Source: Calditrichia bacterium (GTDB lineage: Bacteria; Calditrichota; Calditrichia; JAJRVZ01). Taken from it: a DNA stretch of 64,000 nt. Below, one piece after another: positions 1-12,535 of this stretch (the stretch's first letter is position 1; each line of letters opens with the position of its first letter). The DNA lies in contig CAVZSQ010000023.1 in NCBI GenBank assembly GCA_963777955.1, forward strand, positions 14,935-78,934, written 5' to 3'. A program made the translations under genes and the position numbers. The notes under the pieces were generated by a model. That model was not told the origin of the DNA and made no database searches. It saw only the letters and a program-made list of their open reading frames with translations.

Positions 1-3
1 AAT

Positions 4-19
4 ATTGAATCGATTCAAT
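4..19. promoter_or_regulatory. Candidate LacI-family operator
   Basis: Perfect 16-bp palindrome ATTGAATCGATTCAAT with central CG, about 150 bp upstream of the first gene of a sugar-uptake operon. Confidence 0.45.
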
Positions 20-166
20 CAACTTTAAAACTTTTCAATTATTATGCACACGTTCCACAAAAAAGGGCATTCGCAAAACTAATTATTATTTTTGTGCTGA
101 AAAAATCACGAAATCGGTGAATTTCATTAATTTTATATTTAATGTATAACTGAGGGAATAGAGACT

Positions 167-1398
167 ATGAAAGCGCGTATCTTTTTATCAGGTGCAGTTT
201 TTGTTATCGTCACAACATTATTATTGATCATGGCAGGATGTGAATATGATGGCCCCACAGCCGTCATTGATCAGCCGCATGGTGCCGCCGCACCGAACCG
301 GTGATCACAGCCTTGATCCCGGATACGGCCAAAGCCGGCGTAAATTACATCACCATCGCAGGAGAGAATTTTTCCACTAAAGCGGGAAAGAATAAGGTCT
401 ACTTTGGCAATGTACCGGTAGATGCCGTCAGTGAATCGGCCACGGAACTGACAGTTCGCCGGCCAAATCTGACCGGTGATTCTATCACGGTCAAAGTAGA
501 TAACATCGATGGTGCCCTGGTGGTTGCCACACGTGGACCTTATAAAATCGATCCGGTAATCGAAAATTATGGCGCTTTTATTGAAAACCGATTTTTATCC
601 GCCGTAACCGTCGATGCCGCTGAAAATGTCTACGTAACCAGTGTCGATTCCAACTATATATTTAAAGTTGCGCCCGGTGCCCAGAAAGTCGTTCTCACCA
701 AAGCAACACAGGTGCCGGTGGATATTAAAATAGGTCCGGACGGCAGACTCTACATGGTGGGCGGAGGCAGCGGTACCGGCGGCAATAGAAATATCTTCGT
801 CTGCAATGTACAAACCGGCGAACTCCACCAGTGGATCAGTCTGGCTACCGGTAAAAATGTGAAATTCGGTGAGTTCGACGCAAACGGTTATTTCTATGTC
901 GGAGGCGGTAACCGCATCGATATCTGGGTTATCGCTCCTGATTCTACCTTTAGCTGCTGCAAATTTATATGCCAGCTAATGAAGTGCTGGCCATGAAGAT
1001 CTATGACAATTACCTGTATGTAGTGGCCAAGACAGGTACCGGGACAAGCGCGGTAACCGAAATATATAAACATGCTATTGGTGACAATGGGGTATTGGCT
1101 GCGGCTGAATTTGTTCTGAACTGGACTTCCTCGCCATTCGGTTCCCGTACTTTAAGAGGACTTACCTTTTCATCTGCCGGGTATAATGTATATCGCCACC
1201 GATGCTGAAGATCCGCTACTGAGTTTTGATCCGGCGACCAGCGTGTTTGATTATCTTTATAAAGGAATCCTACCTGCATATGTCAGGGATTTTCATTGGG
1301 GGAACGGGAATCAATTATACATGACCGCCGGCAGAACCGATGTACAGGACTGGATAGTCTACCGGGTCGATATGGGTACGACCTCCGGCTCTAACTGA
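167..1398 (+). CDS. IPT/TIG-domain lipoprotein with C-terminal beta-propeller-like region (3 apparent frameshifts)
   Basis: ATG at 167 gives MKARIFL...LLLIMAGC (lipobox). Continues in ORFs 301-996 (ITIAGENFS..NKVYFG, TIG-like), 969-1208 and 1186-1398. Frame changes near 299, 960 and 1180. Confidence 0.7.
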
Positions 1399-1434
1399 AA
1401 TCTTTTATAAAATATAAAATTGCAGGTACCAACT

Positions 1435-4400
1435 ATGAGAAAACAAATTCGTACAATCATGATCTTTACCCTGCTGGGCGTATTGCTTTTACGTTTCCTG
1501 CTGCCTGGTCGGGAACAACCGGAAAGATAGCCGGGATTGTGACCGATAAAACCAGCGGCGAACCGCTGCCCGGTGCCAATATTGTAGTCGATGGAACATT
1601 ATTGGGTGCGGTATTCGGATCTGGACGGTCAGTATACAATTTTGTACGTACCGCCAGGCACTTACAATGTTCATGTTTCCTATATCGGTTATACCAAGGT
1701 GGTAGTCAGTGACGTCGTGGTAAATATCGATCTGACCGCTCGCCTGGATGTTGTTCTGGAAGCAGAAGCAATTGTGACTAACGAAACGATTGTTGTCGCC
1801 GAGAGAAAAATCATAAAGCCCGATGTGGCCTCCAGTGTGGTGGTAGTAACCACCGAGGAAGTAGCGGCCTTGCCTGTTTCCAGTGTACAGAGCATGGTCG
1901 GATTACAGGCGGGCATAAAAGACGGCTTGCAGATCCGCGGCGGTGGTGCTGATGAAGCGCTGGTGCTGATGGATGGCATTACCCTGCGCGATCCCCGCAA
2001 TAACCTGCCCATCTCAAACGTTCCGCTGAGCGCGGTCAAGGAGATCAACATAGAACGCGGCGGTTTCAACGCCGAGTACGGACATGTCCGTTCAGGATTG
2101 GTCAATATGGTAATGCAGGAAGGCAGCCGCTCTGCCTACTTTGGCCGTGTTGAATTTAAATACGGCCCGCCCCAGGCCAAGCATTTTGACATCTCCCCAT
2201 TTGATAAAAATTCATTCTGGCTGCGCCCGTATTATGATCCCGAGGTGTGCTGGACGGGGACCGCGGGAGAAGACTTCAGCGATGACATTATCGCTAACGG
2301 CTTTCATGACAATGGTGAATCATTCACTGATGTGAATGGAGACGGACGCTGGAACGGCTGGGATCAATATACCCAGCGGCAGTATCCCGATTTTGAGGGC
2401 TGGAATGAAATATCGCGTTTATTATTGACCGACAGCAATCCGAATAATGATCTTACTCCCCTGGGTGCTCAGCGTGTGTTTGAATGGGAGACACGCAAAG
2501 AACCACGCTATAATCAACCAGATTACAATCTCGATGCCGGCATTGGCGGTCCGGTTCCGGTCATCGGTGAAAAATTGGGAAATCTGCGCTTTTTTACAGC
2601 CTATCGCCGCTACCGCGAAATGCTGGTGGTTCCGCTTACCCGCGACGATTATGTCGACTATGACTGGTCAATGAAGTTGACCTCAGATATTTCACCCTCG
2701 ATGAAACTACTGGTATCCGGACTGATCGGCAAGCAGTTTACCATGCAGCACAACTGGTCTTACGCCTACCTGCGGACATCGGAAACGATCGCCAGTATCA
2801 TGGAAGACCGCCCCGGTCTGTTGTTTGGCACGGGTAATTTCAGCCTGGCTGATATCAGCCATCGCAATTTCTCAGCAAAGTTTACTCATATGTTGAATCA
2901 AAAGACCTTCTATGAAGTTTCCCTGGAACACATGTGGACCGGATATGATACCCGGCCGCCCGCCCTGCGCGACCAGACCAGACGGTATGAAATCGTCCCG
3001 GGATATTTCGTTGACGAAGCACCCTTCGGATATGATCCGTCCAATGAAGTTGGTATCGCCGGTATGCTGTTCGGAGGATTCACTTGCAAACGCCGGGACA
3101 ATTCCAGGGCTGCGGCCACAACCGTTAAGGTCGATTTCTCCAGCCAGGTGAATTTCAGCAACCTGGTCAAAGCCGGTGTCGAATATGTTTATAACGATTT
3201 AAACTTCGATTACGGTATTATAAAATCACAAACCAGCGACATCTATGATGAACGTGTGCAGATGCATGTCTATCCTGTACGCGCCGTCTTGTATGCCCAG
3301 GATAAACTGGAAACCAAAGGTTTTATAATGAACGCTGGGCCTGCGGCTTGATTACAGCAAATTCCCAGACGGATTGGTGGGATATAGGTCCTTATGATAA
3401 AAGTTTTTTTACCACCAAGTACAACAGCAGTATTGATTTTGCCAGCAAGAAATCCGAGGGACAATGGCAGTTGAGCCCGCGCCTGGGTATCTCTCATCCG
3501 GTTACCGAAAATTCCAAACTATTTTTCAACTACGGTCATTTTAAACAGATGCCTTCCTACCAGACCTTGTTCCAGGTGGCCCGGGCCGATGATCAAACCA
3601 TGAAACAGTTCGGCGATCCAAATCTGATCCTGGCCAGAACTATATCCTATGAACTGGGTTATGATCACAGCCTGTTCGATGATTATCTGATCCAGGTATC
3701 TGCTTTTTATCATGATATAACTGATCAGCAGGATTCCACCATTTACCGGTCTATCGGTGGTATCGTATATAATCAGACTACCAGTAATAGTTACGAGGAT
3801 ATCCGCGGATTCGAGTTATCTCTGCAAAAGCGCCGCGGACGCTGGTGGACATTCTTCGGTAATTATACCTACCAGGTCAGCACTGCGGGTCATTTCGGCC
3901 GTGAGGAGGTATATCAGGACGGCGTGCAGCAGAAACTGTACGACGACGAAACGACCAATCTCTATCAGAATCGCCCGATCCCGACTCCGTATGCACGCCT
4001 CAATCTTTCTCTTTATACACCCGACGATTACGGACCTGAATTGCTGGGCCTGTATCCGCTGGGCGGATATATGTTGAATTTGCTGTTGAACTGGCAGGAT
4101 GGTCCCTGGAGAACTTATAATCCCAAGAATATTGCCGGACTGGAAAATAATGTTCAGGAAACCGACTATGTCATATCCCTTTTACGCTTAAGTAAAACTT
4201 TCAGCCTCGGTAAATTTCAATTGATGGCTTTTATGGATGTCAACAACCTGTTGAATCACCGGCGTATGTCGCTCTCGAATTTTACCGGTAAATACGGTGA
4301 CGAGGACTACTATTATAACAGCCTGCATTTGCCGGAAAGTGAAGATTGGGATAATATTCCCGGGGATGACCGGGCGGGCGCCTACCGCAAACCGGGCGTG

Positions 4401-4679
4401 GCTTACCAACCAATGTTCCCCAGAGGTACAATCAGTTTCTCGAGCGATAAAGGAGATGCCGGCGTAATCTATTACGATAAGAGCAGAAAAAACTATTATG
4501 AATACAATTATAATCCGAATCTGCCTAATTACCAGTGCTGGCAGGTGGTCAGCAAAGCCCGGATTGATAAAATCAATGACGACAAAGCCTATATAGACAT
4601 GCCGGCTTACAGTTCTTTCTCATTTTTCAATCCGCGGCAATTTTTCTTCGGTCTGCGGGTTTCTATGCAACTTAAATAA
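1435..4679 (+). CDS. TonB-dependent receptor 1 (carboxypeptidase-regulatory-like N-domain, plug, barrel); frameshifted
   Basis: GKIAGIVTDKTSGEPLPGANIVV, plug motifs IRGG..E..VLMDGI and GGFNAEYG, C-terminal PRQFFFGLRVSM. Frame changes near 1490, 1610 and 3340. Confidence 0.88.
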
Positions 4680-4703
4680 GATATATGAGCGAGAGGAATA
4701 TAT

Positions 4704-6948
4704 ATGCTGCATTTAAAATCAATAACCAGAAATGGCTGGCTGCTGCTGGCAGCGGCTGTTTTCATTCTCTGCACAGGCAACCTTAAACTTCCGGCCCAGG
4801 GCACTTCGGGCGAATTGAAATGGATCCGGGTAGGAACACTGCAAACCTATTTTTCCGAACAAAATTCCGAAGTGGAGAGCCGGAGGACTCGATGACCTGA
4901 ATATACGCGTCTCCTGGCCGGCACAATATGGTTTGCGCCAGTCCACCATGCGCGGACGTACCTTGTGGCTGGGCTGCACGAATTTCTATGATTCCCAGGT
5001 CGATAGAACCTTCGCGGCTAAAATCGTCGGAGTCGGACCAAGATATGATGATAATCTGCGTAACGAAGTACTTGTTCCGCCGGTGGAATTCAAACTGGTG
5101 GGAAAATATGAGCATCCAGCTGTAATCGTCGATGGTGCCGATGGTACTATTAATACCCTCTATGACGCAGTTGAGGAAATCGATGAAAACTTGGTGGCCG
5201 ACCGCATGATGCTGATAAAAAACAATACCTCTATCGGTGTCACCATTACCAAGAAAGTGTATGCTTTCACCCAGCAAAATCACGATAATTACTTCATTTT
5301 TGATTATGTCCTTAAAAATACCGGCATTGTCAGTGCCGACGGAGACGTTTATCCGCAGAATTTAACCGGTTTAATTTTTTATCTCGGTTATCGTTATGCA
5401 TTCGCCGGCGAATCGGTTCTTGGTTATGAGCAAGGCTGGGGTATCTGGAATTCCGCCTGGGGCAGAAATACTGTCAACGATGTCATCGGTACCGATCCTA
5501 CTGCGAATGATTTTCTGTACCGCGCTCATTTTGCCTGGTACGGCCCCCATTCTGAACGGCCGCTGCCTACGATTGAAGATGATTGGGGTTGTCCCAACGA
5601 ACTGGATGACGGTATAATGGCTGCAGCCAAGTTCGGCGGTGCCATGGTCCTGCACGCCGATGAATCAGCCCAGGATCATAGTGATGATCTTTATCAACCC
5701 AGAACAACCCATTTCATCGATACGGATGGTGATCCGTGTTATCCCCCGTCACTGTATACATACAACGAGCAATATATGCAGATACGTTATGCTACAATGA
5801 CTTTGGGACATGCCGCCCAGACTCAGGCCCAGCAGATCGAAGCCAGCGGCCTTCCGGCCAATGAGTGGGGACCGGGCATCGGCGGATCGCAATCGACATT
5901 TGGATTCGGACCATATGAACTGGCCCCCGGTGACAGTCTGCATTTTGTCATAGCCCAGGGTTATTCCGGAATCAGCCGGGAGAAAAACCGCGAAGTGGGC
6001 GGCAACTGGCTGCAATGGCATAGAGGGACAGGTTCACCGACTCTGACTATGCCCGATGGCGCAACTTCAACCAATCATACCGAATACAAAAAAGCCTGGG
6101 TTCTGACTTGCAAAGATTCGCTGATGCAAACATTCGCCAATATGAAAGCCAATTTTGATTCCGGTTATGATATTCCCCAGCCGCCCCCGCCTCCCAGTTC
6201 GTTTACTGTCACCTCGGGCGGAGACAAAATCCTGCTGACCTGGGCAAACAACGCCGCCTCTACCCCCCACTTCGGCGGATATGTGATTTACCGCTCCCGG
6301 GGTACCGTAATGTCTGAAAATACTGTCTATGAGAAGTTATATGAAACAAATGAAGATGTTACTTCATTTGAAGATAAGACCGCTGTACGGGGATTTGATT
6401 ACTACTACTATATACAATCCAAGGATGATGGCACACAAAATGATGTTCATCCAGGCACTCCGTTATACAGCGGTATGTTCTGGACCATTACCAGCCTGCC
6501 GGCCTCCCTGCAGCGCCCGGCCGGAAATTACCTGGAAGAAGTTCGGGTAGTTCCCAATCCCTACGATATCCGTAACCGTAAGAACCAGTTTGGCGATGAT
6601 TCCCAGTATGACCAGATTTCCTTTTACGGAATCCCGCCGGTATGCAAACTGAAAATCTTTACCGAAACGGGCGTTCCGGTCTGGGAGAAAGATCACACCA
6701 TCGGCACCGGCGATGAACGCTGGAATTCAATAACCACTTCCGGGCAGATAGTTGCCAGTGGAATCTATATCCTGTATGTTGAGGTAACCGAAGATACTTA
6801 TGCCAGTGAAGATCAGATAGCCAGGTATGATGTGTATGATTCCGACCTGAAGTTAATGTACCAGACAGGCGATGTGATGTTCAGGCAGGGGGAGAAGATG
6901 TTCTCAAAAGGCGAATCCACTTACCGTAAATTCGTCATCATCAGGTAA
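4704..6948 (+). CDS. Large secreted hypothetical protein with FN3-like domain and Por/FlgD-type C-terminal domain (frameshift near 4880)
   Basis: Signal peptide in ORF 4704-4895; PQPPPPP linker then LTW..GYVIYRS..YYYYI (FN3-like); VRVVPNPY...ASGIYI...KFVIIR tail. Confidence 0.7.
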
Positions 6949-6959
6949 GGAGATGAAAA

Positions 6960-7971
6960 ATGAAAAAGAACACAACTAAATATACGATTATACTGTCTTC
7001 TGGCATGTTTATTGTGCACTAATGGACTTGCCCAGGAGAACCAGAAATTGGCCCAGAGCGGCTTTCAATTCCTCAGCGTGGTTTCGGATGCCCGGGCAGC
7101 CGGTATGGCTGAGGCTATGACCAGCCTGCAGTTCGGTTCCAGCGCGCTGTTCTTCAACCCGGCCGGTATGGCGGAAATGTCCACTTTTATCGATGCCACA
7201 GCCAGCATTAACCAGTGGATTGCCGATATCCAGCACAACACCTTTACCCTGGCCATCAATCCGGCCCAGGGCAATTACGGTGTGTTCGGCTTCAGTTTGC
7301 AGAGCGTGAATTATGGTGATTTTATTGCTACACTGGTAAACCGGGATCCCAACGATCTGAAGGGGTACACGGATGTCGAGATATTTCAACTGAGCGCGTT
7401 GGCCATGGGTGTCGGTTATGCCAAGCAATTAAGCGACCAGTTCAGCGTCGGCGGGCAGGTACGCTGGGTTAACCAGGATCTGGGTAACAGCTGGATACCT
7501 CTTACTGACACTACCAGCAAAGAAATAGGTAACGAGTTATCGCCGCTGGTATTTGACTTTGGTACCCGGTTCAAGACCGGTATCAAGAGTCTGGTATTTG
7601 GTATGTCGGTGCGGAATTTTTCCAAAGAAATGAAGTATGTCGAAGAGGGTATTCAGGCACCTTTGACTTTCACCCTTGGCTTATCGATGAATGTCCTTGA
7701 TCTGGTCAAGGAGTTGCCCTTTGACCAGGAATTGTATCTGAGCGTCGATGCCAGTCATTACCGCGATCATCCGGAACAAATTAAAGTGGGTATGGAATAC
7801 CAGGTAATGAACATGCTGGCACTGCGCGGCGGGTATGTAAGCAACAATTACGAAAGCGGACTCTCGCTGGGTCTGGGAATTTCACAGTTCGGTTTTGCCT
7901 TTGACTATGCCTATACCCCCTTTGGCATTTTCGACAAGGTACATCGCATGACGGTCCGGTTTTCAATGTAA
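6960..7971 (+). CDS. PorV/PorQ-family outer-membrane beta-barrel (frameshift near 7010)
   Basis: GFQFL...ARAAGMAEA...ALFFNPAGMA N-terminus, LALRGGY and FDYAYTPFG..HR C-terminus; upstream ATG at 6960 supplies the signal peptide. Confidence 0.85.
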
Positions 7972-7983
7972 ATAATGTTAAGT

Positions 7984-8036
7984 TGTGTTATTTCGCATCC
8001 CAATCCCCGGGATGCGAAATAACACATTATTTTTTT
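7984..8036 (+). terminator. Rho-independent terminator
   Basis: Perfect 18-bp stem TGTGTTATTTCGCATCCC / GGGATGCGAAATAACACA, 7-nt loop, followed by a T-run, just after the PorV-family stop. Confidence 0.85.
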
Positions 8037-8210
8037 CTCATTAAATAATCCCTGCGGCTATTATTTATAAACAATCCCGGTAAATATATTGATATAAAAA
8101 GTTGGTACTGTTGAAATAAGTTTGATATATTTTAATAAATTAATTCGATATTTGATAAACTCCAGATGGTAATTAGTCACAATTAATCTTAAAACGAAAG
8201 GTTATTGAGA

Positions 8211-9354
8211 ATGAAACCATATCTGCAGCTCAGATCTATTTTCATAATAATATTTTTAGGTTTTATTTGCAGTCTCCCGGCAGATTCAAAAAACGGCAAG
8301 GCCCAGGATGAACCGGTTTTAGCACCCGATGTAGCGTCTACACCTCCAACTATTAACGGCCTGACCGATGACACCTGCTGGCAAAATGTGCCCTGGCAAA
8401 GCATTGACCAGGTCTGGATCCCCTACGACGGCAGCGTCACCACGGATGACTACACCGGTCATTATAAAATAATCTGGTCCTCGACCACCAACCTGCTGTA
8501 TTTGCTGATAGAAGTCACGGATGATGTATTCATGGACGGATATGTACCCGGACAAACCGTAGGTCCTTATAATTTTGATATTACCGAGGTTTTTATTGAT
8601 GAAGATACCTCCGGCGGTGAGCATAGATATGAAAACCCGCCGTTAAATGCTGAGAATGCTTTCGCCTATCATATTTATGCCGATTTCCCGGCTGCAGGTG
8701 AAGTCACTACCAACAATATCGTTGATGATATGGACGGTCCCAACTTGGCCCGCGTTGACTACACGGCCCATCTTCCTGAATTTGCGCTGCGCCAGAGCGG
8801 AAACACAGCCGTCTGGGAGTTTTCGCTGATCGTGTATAACGATACCTATGAATCGAACAACCAGGAGCCAGCCAGGGTAATATTGCAGGCTGATAAAGTC
8901 ATAGGCATGTCTGTGGCATATTGTGACAACGATAATCCCGATGAGAATCCGATTACCCGCGACAATATGTTCGGATCGGTTTGGGAAGCATCACCGGGTA
9001 ATATGCATTGGATGAATGCCGACGGTTACGGCCGGATTAAACTGGTCGAGAGTATTCCGAGCTTATATTCCTGCCGGGTCGTCAAAGGTTTCCCCCGGTA
9101 GCATTAAACTCTACCCCAATCCGGCTTCGTCATCCATGCAACTACAAATAGTCAATCCATATCAGGGCAATGTTTCTATCCGGGTTTTCAATCTGCTGGG
9201 CCAGGAAGTGCTGCGTACCTCCGGCAGCAAATCAGATCAAACGTTTAATAAAACCCTTGCCCTGAATCATCTGCCGGCAGGAATTTACTTTGTCCAGACC
9301 CAGATGGGACAACTTTTGTATCGTGATAAACTTATAATCACACCGCATAAATAA
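8211..9354 (+). CDS. CBM9-like sugar-binding protein with Por-type C-terminal sorting domain (frameshift near 9065)
   Basis: PTINGLTDD..W, LYLLIEVTDD, EVFIDED, YCDND (CBM9/DOMON-like); ORF 9016-9354 has LYPNPA...NLLGQEV...GIYFV. Confidence 0.7.
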
Positions 9355-9397
9355 GGAAATCAAAACAATCCGGAGATTGTCCAAAAGTATTATTCCG

Positions 9398-9532
9398 AAT
9401 CCCGATCCGGCTCGATAGACCTGCCGACAGGCAGGCGCCGGACGGGATTGGTAATGCCACTTTCTGTCATTTCGAGTGAGTCCCGATCGCTAGACCTGCC
9501 ATCAGGCAGGTATCGGGACGAGCGAGAAATCT
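9398..9532. repeat. Two nested REP-like palindromes, each enclosing TAGACCTGCC-N4-GGCAGG
   Basis: Inner units at 9416-9435 and 9491-9510; outer stems AATCCCG(A)TCCGGC/GCCGGACGGGATT and GTCCCGAT/ATCGGGAC. Confidence 0.75.
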
Positions 9533-9584
9533 TAACTACCTGTCCGATTACAGAACCATAAAATAGAACTCACCTGTTGAAAAA

Positions 9585-9613
9585 ATGCAATTTATTGCAT
9601 AAAATCATTGCAT
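9585..9613. promoter_or_regulatory. Possible operator upstream of GH31
   Basis: ATGCAAT-TT-ATTGCAT palindrome (9585-9600) plus a third half-site ATTGCAT at 9607-9613, about 60-85 bp before the ATG at 9671. Confidence 0.3.
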
Positions 9614-9670
9614 ATAACAGTCGTAAAATCCAATTCATAAAGTCCTGAAAAAAATGATTGAAGGTACACT

Positions 9671-12517
9671 ATGAAAGTAAAGCAATGGTGGATTATGCTT
9701 ATTTTCCCCTTTATTTCGTTAGGCCTGATAGACTCCTGTGCTTATAAAAAACAGAGCGACGGTGTTCTTCTGCAAATTGCCAAACAAAAAGAGACCGACG
9801 CCCGCCTGCTGAAAATCCAGGTATGCAGCGAGAATATCATCCGGATAATGGCAAGCGCAGAAAAATCATTCTCAACCCGTCCCAGCCTGATGGTTGACAA
9901 AACCAATGGGATCCAGTACCCTGGTCGCTGAAAGAAGAGGTCGATTGGCTGGAGATATCCACTGCTAAAGTTAACTGTCCGCGTGCAGCGCAAAACCGGA
10001 GCAGTCAGTTTCTATCAATCCCAGGGACAACCACTTTTGCAGGAACCGGACGGCTGGCGGAAAATCTATCGCTGCGGCTGAAGTAATGGGCGAACAGACT
10101 TTTCAGATCAGGCAATTGTTTGATTCCCCTGCCAATGAAGCTTTCTACGGATTGGGAGCACATCAGAATGCTCTCATGAACTATAAAGGGCACGATGTGG
10201 ATTTGTGGCAGTATAATATCATTGACGTGATCCCCTTCCTGGTTTCCAGCAGGAATTATGGCATCCTGTGGGATAACAATTCCCGTACGAAATTCGGCGA
10301 TATCCGCGAGTACCAACCTTTGAGCACACTCAAACTCTATAATCTGGACGGTACAGAGGGCGGTCTCACGGCCGAGTATTTCAAAGACCGGGAATTTAAA
10401 ACTCTGTTCACCAAACGTAATGAAGCGGAAATTGCCCATGAATATCTTGATGTTCATGACGAATATCCCGAAGGATTTCAGCAAAACGTTTCCGCAGTGC
10501 GCTGGAGCGGAGAAATCGAATGCCGGGAAGCGGGTATACATAAATTCCGGCTCAACTCCTGCGGCTATGTAAAAATGTGGCTGAACGGCGAACTGGTGGT
10601 CGCGGCCTGGCGCCAGAATTGGCTGCCCTGGACCTACCTGCCCACCCTGCAGATGGAGAGCGGAAAACGTTATCAGATCAAGATCGAATGGATACATACC
10701 GGCGGCTATATCGGTCTTGAAATGCCTGCCCCCGGAAAAAGAAAATTACAGCGATAAATTTTCACTATACTCCGAAGTCGCCGACCAGATTGATTATTAT
10801 TTTATCGGTGGCGATAACCTCGATCAGGTCATTCAGGGTTATCGCCAGATTACCGGCAAGGCACCGCTGATGCCCAAATGGGCCATGGGTTTGTGGCAAT
10901 GCCGCGAGCGCTACCGCAGCCAGGATGAATTGTTATCGGTCGTAAAAGAATTTCGCGAACGCCAGATCCCCCTGGATAATATTGTGCAGGACTGGTTCTA
11001 CTGGAAGGAAGACCAATGGGGCAGCCACGATTTCGATTCAACCCGTTTTCCCGATCCCGGCGGGATGGTGCAAACATTGCATAATGACCTGCACACCCGC
11101 ATCATGATTTCGGTCTGGCCAAAATTTTACGTGGGTACAAAACATTATGATGAGTTTAAGGCCAAGGGCTGGTTGTACATGCGCAATATTGAAAAACAAC
11201 AGAAAGACTGGGTCGGACCTGGATATGTTTCAACATTTTATGATCCTTACAGCTACGGGGCACGTGATTTGTTCTGGAAGCAGATCAACGAAAAACTGTT
11301 CAGCAAAGGATTTGATGCCTGGTGGCTGGACAGCACCGAACCGGATATCCAGTCCAATCTTTCCCTGCCGGAAACGATTTTGCGGCAGCATCCAACAGCA
11401 CTGGGCAGCGCTGCCCGTTACCTGAATACTTATTCTTTGATGAATGCCAAAGGAATTTATGAAAATCAGCGACAAGACCAAACCGGATCAACGCGTGTTC
11501 ATCCTGACCCGCTCCGCCTTTGCCGGGCAGCAGCGCTACTCGGCTGCCACCTGGAGCGGCGATATCGCCTCGCGCTGGTACGATTTAAAGGCTCAGATCC
11601 CGGCAGGATTGAATTTCTGCCTGGCCGGAATTCCTTACTGGACCACTGATATCGGCGGTTTTTCCGTGGAATACCGCTATGAGCATCCAAATGAAGCAGA
11701 TCTGGATGAATGGCGCGAATTGAAGACCCGCTGGTTCCAGTTTGGCACTTTCTGTCCCCTGATGCGGGTACACGGTCAGTTCCCCTACCGCGAAATGTTT
11801 AATATTGCACCGGATAATCATCCCGCCTATCAGACCATGCTGGCCTATGACAAATTACGTTACCGCCTGATGCCTTATATCTATTCGCTGACCGGCATGG
11901 TCACCCGGCAGGATTATACCATCATGCGCGCGCTGGTCATGGATTTCGGAAATGATCCGGCAGTACTGAATATCGGCGATCAGTATATGTTTGGCCCTGC
12001 CCTGCTGATCAATCCGGTAACCGAATATAAAGCCCGCAGCCGTGCGGTCTATCTGCCTGCAGGCACAGGATGGTACGATCTCCATTCCGGTAAGTATTTT
12101 CAGGGTGGCCAGACAATTCAGGCTGAAGCACCATATACCGATATACCCGTTTTTGTCAAAGCTGGATCTATAATACCCTGCGGTCCGGACATTCAGTATA
12201 CCTCGGAAAAGCCTGCTGATCCCATTCGCGTGTTTGTATATACCGGTGCTGACGGTTCATTTAATCTGTACGAAGATGAAGATGTTAATTACAATTATGA
12301 GCAGGGCAAGTTTTCGATCATACCTCTAATCTATAATCAACAAGATCAGACACTGACTATCGGCGAGCAGAAAGGCGACTTTCCGGGTATGCTCCAATCA
12401 CGAACATTCGAGATCATCTGGATCAGCGAAAATAAACCAGACGGTCTGAATTTCCAGGTCAAACCCGATGCGGTTGTAACTTATGAAGGTTCAAGTCTAT
12501 CGATTAAACTGAAATGA
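9671..12517 (+). CDS. GH31 alpha-xylosidase-like enzyme with PA14 insert before the catalytic domain (several frameshifts)
   Basis: FYGLG, YGILWDN, PA14 (GLTAEYF..VRWSGEI), IVQDWFYW, nucleophile motif WWLDSTEP, WSGDI, YWTTDIGGF, LYEDE. Spread over ORFs 9671, 10086, 10717 and 11444. Confidence 0.88.
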
Positions 12518-12535
12518 AGTGCTGGGAGGTTGCAA

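Noticed and set aside
9398..9532. CRISPR array
   Set aside because: Only two near-identical 20-bp units, each inside a different hairpin; no regular repeat-spacer period and no cas genes.
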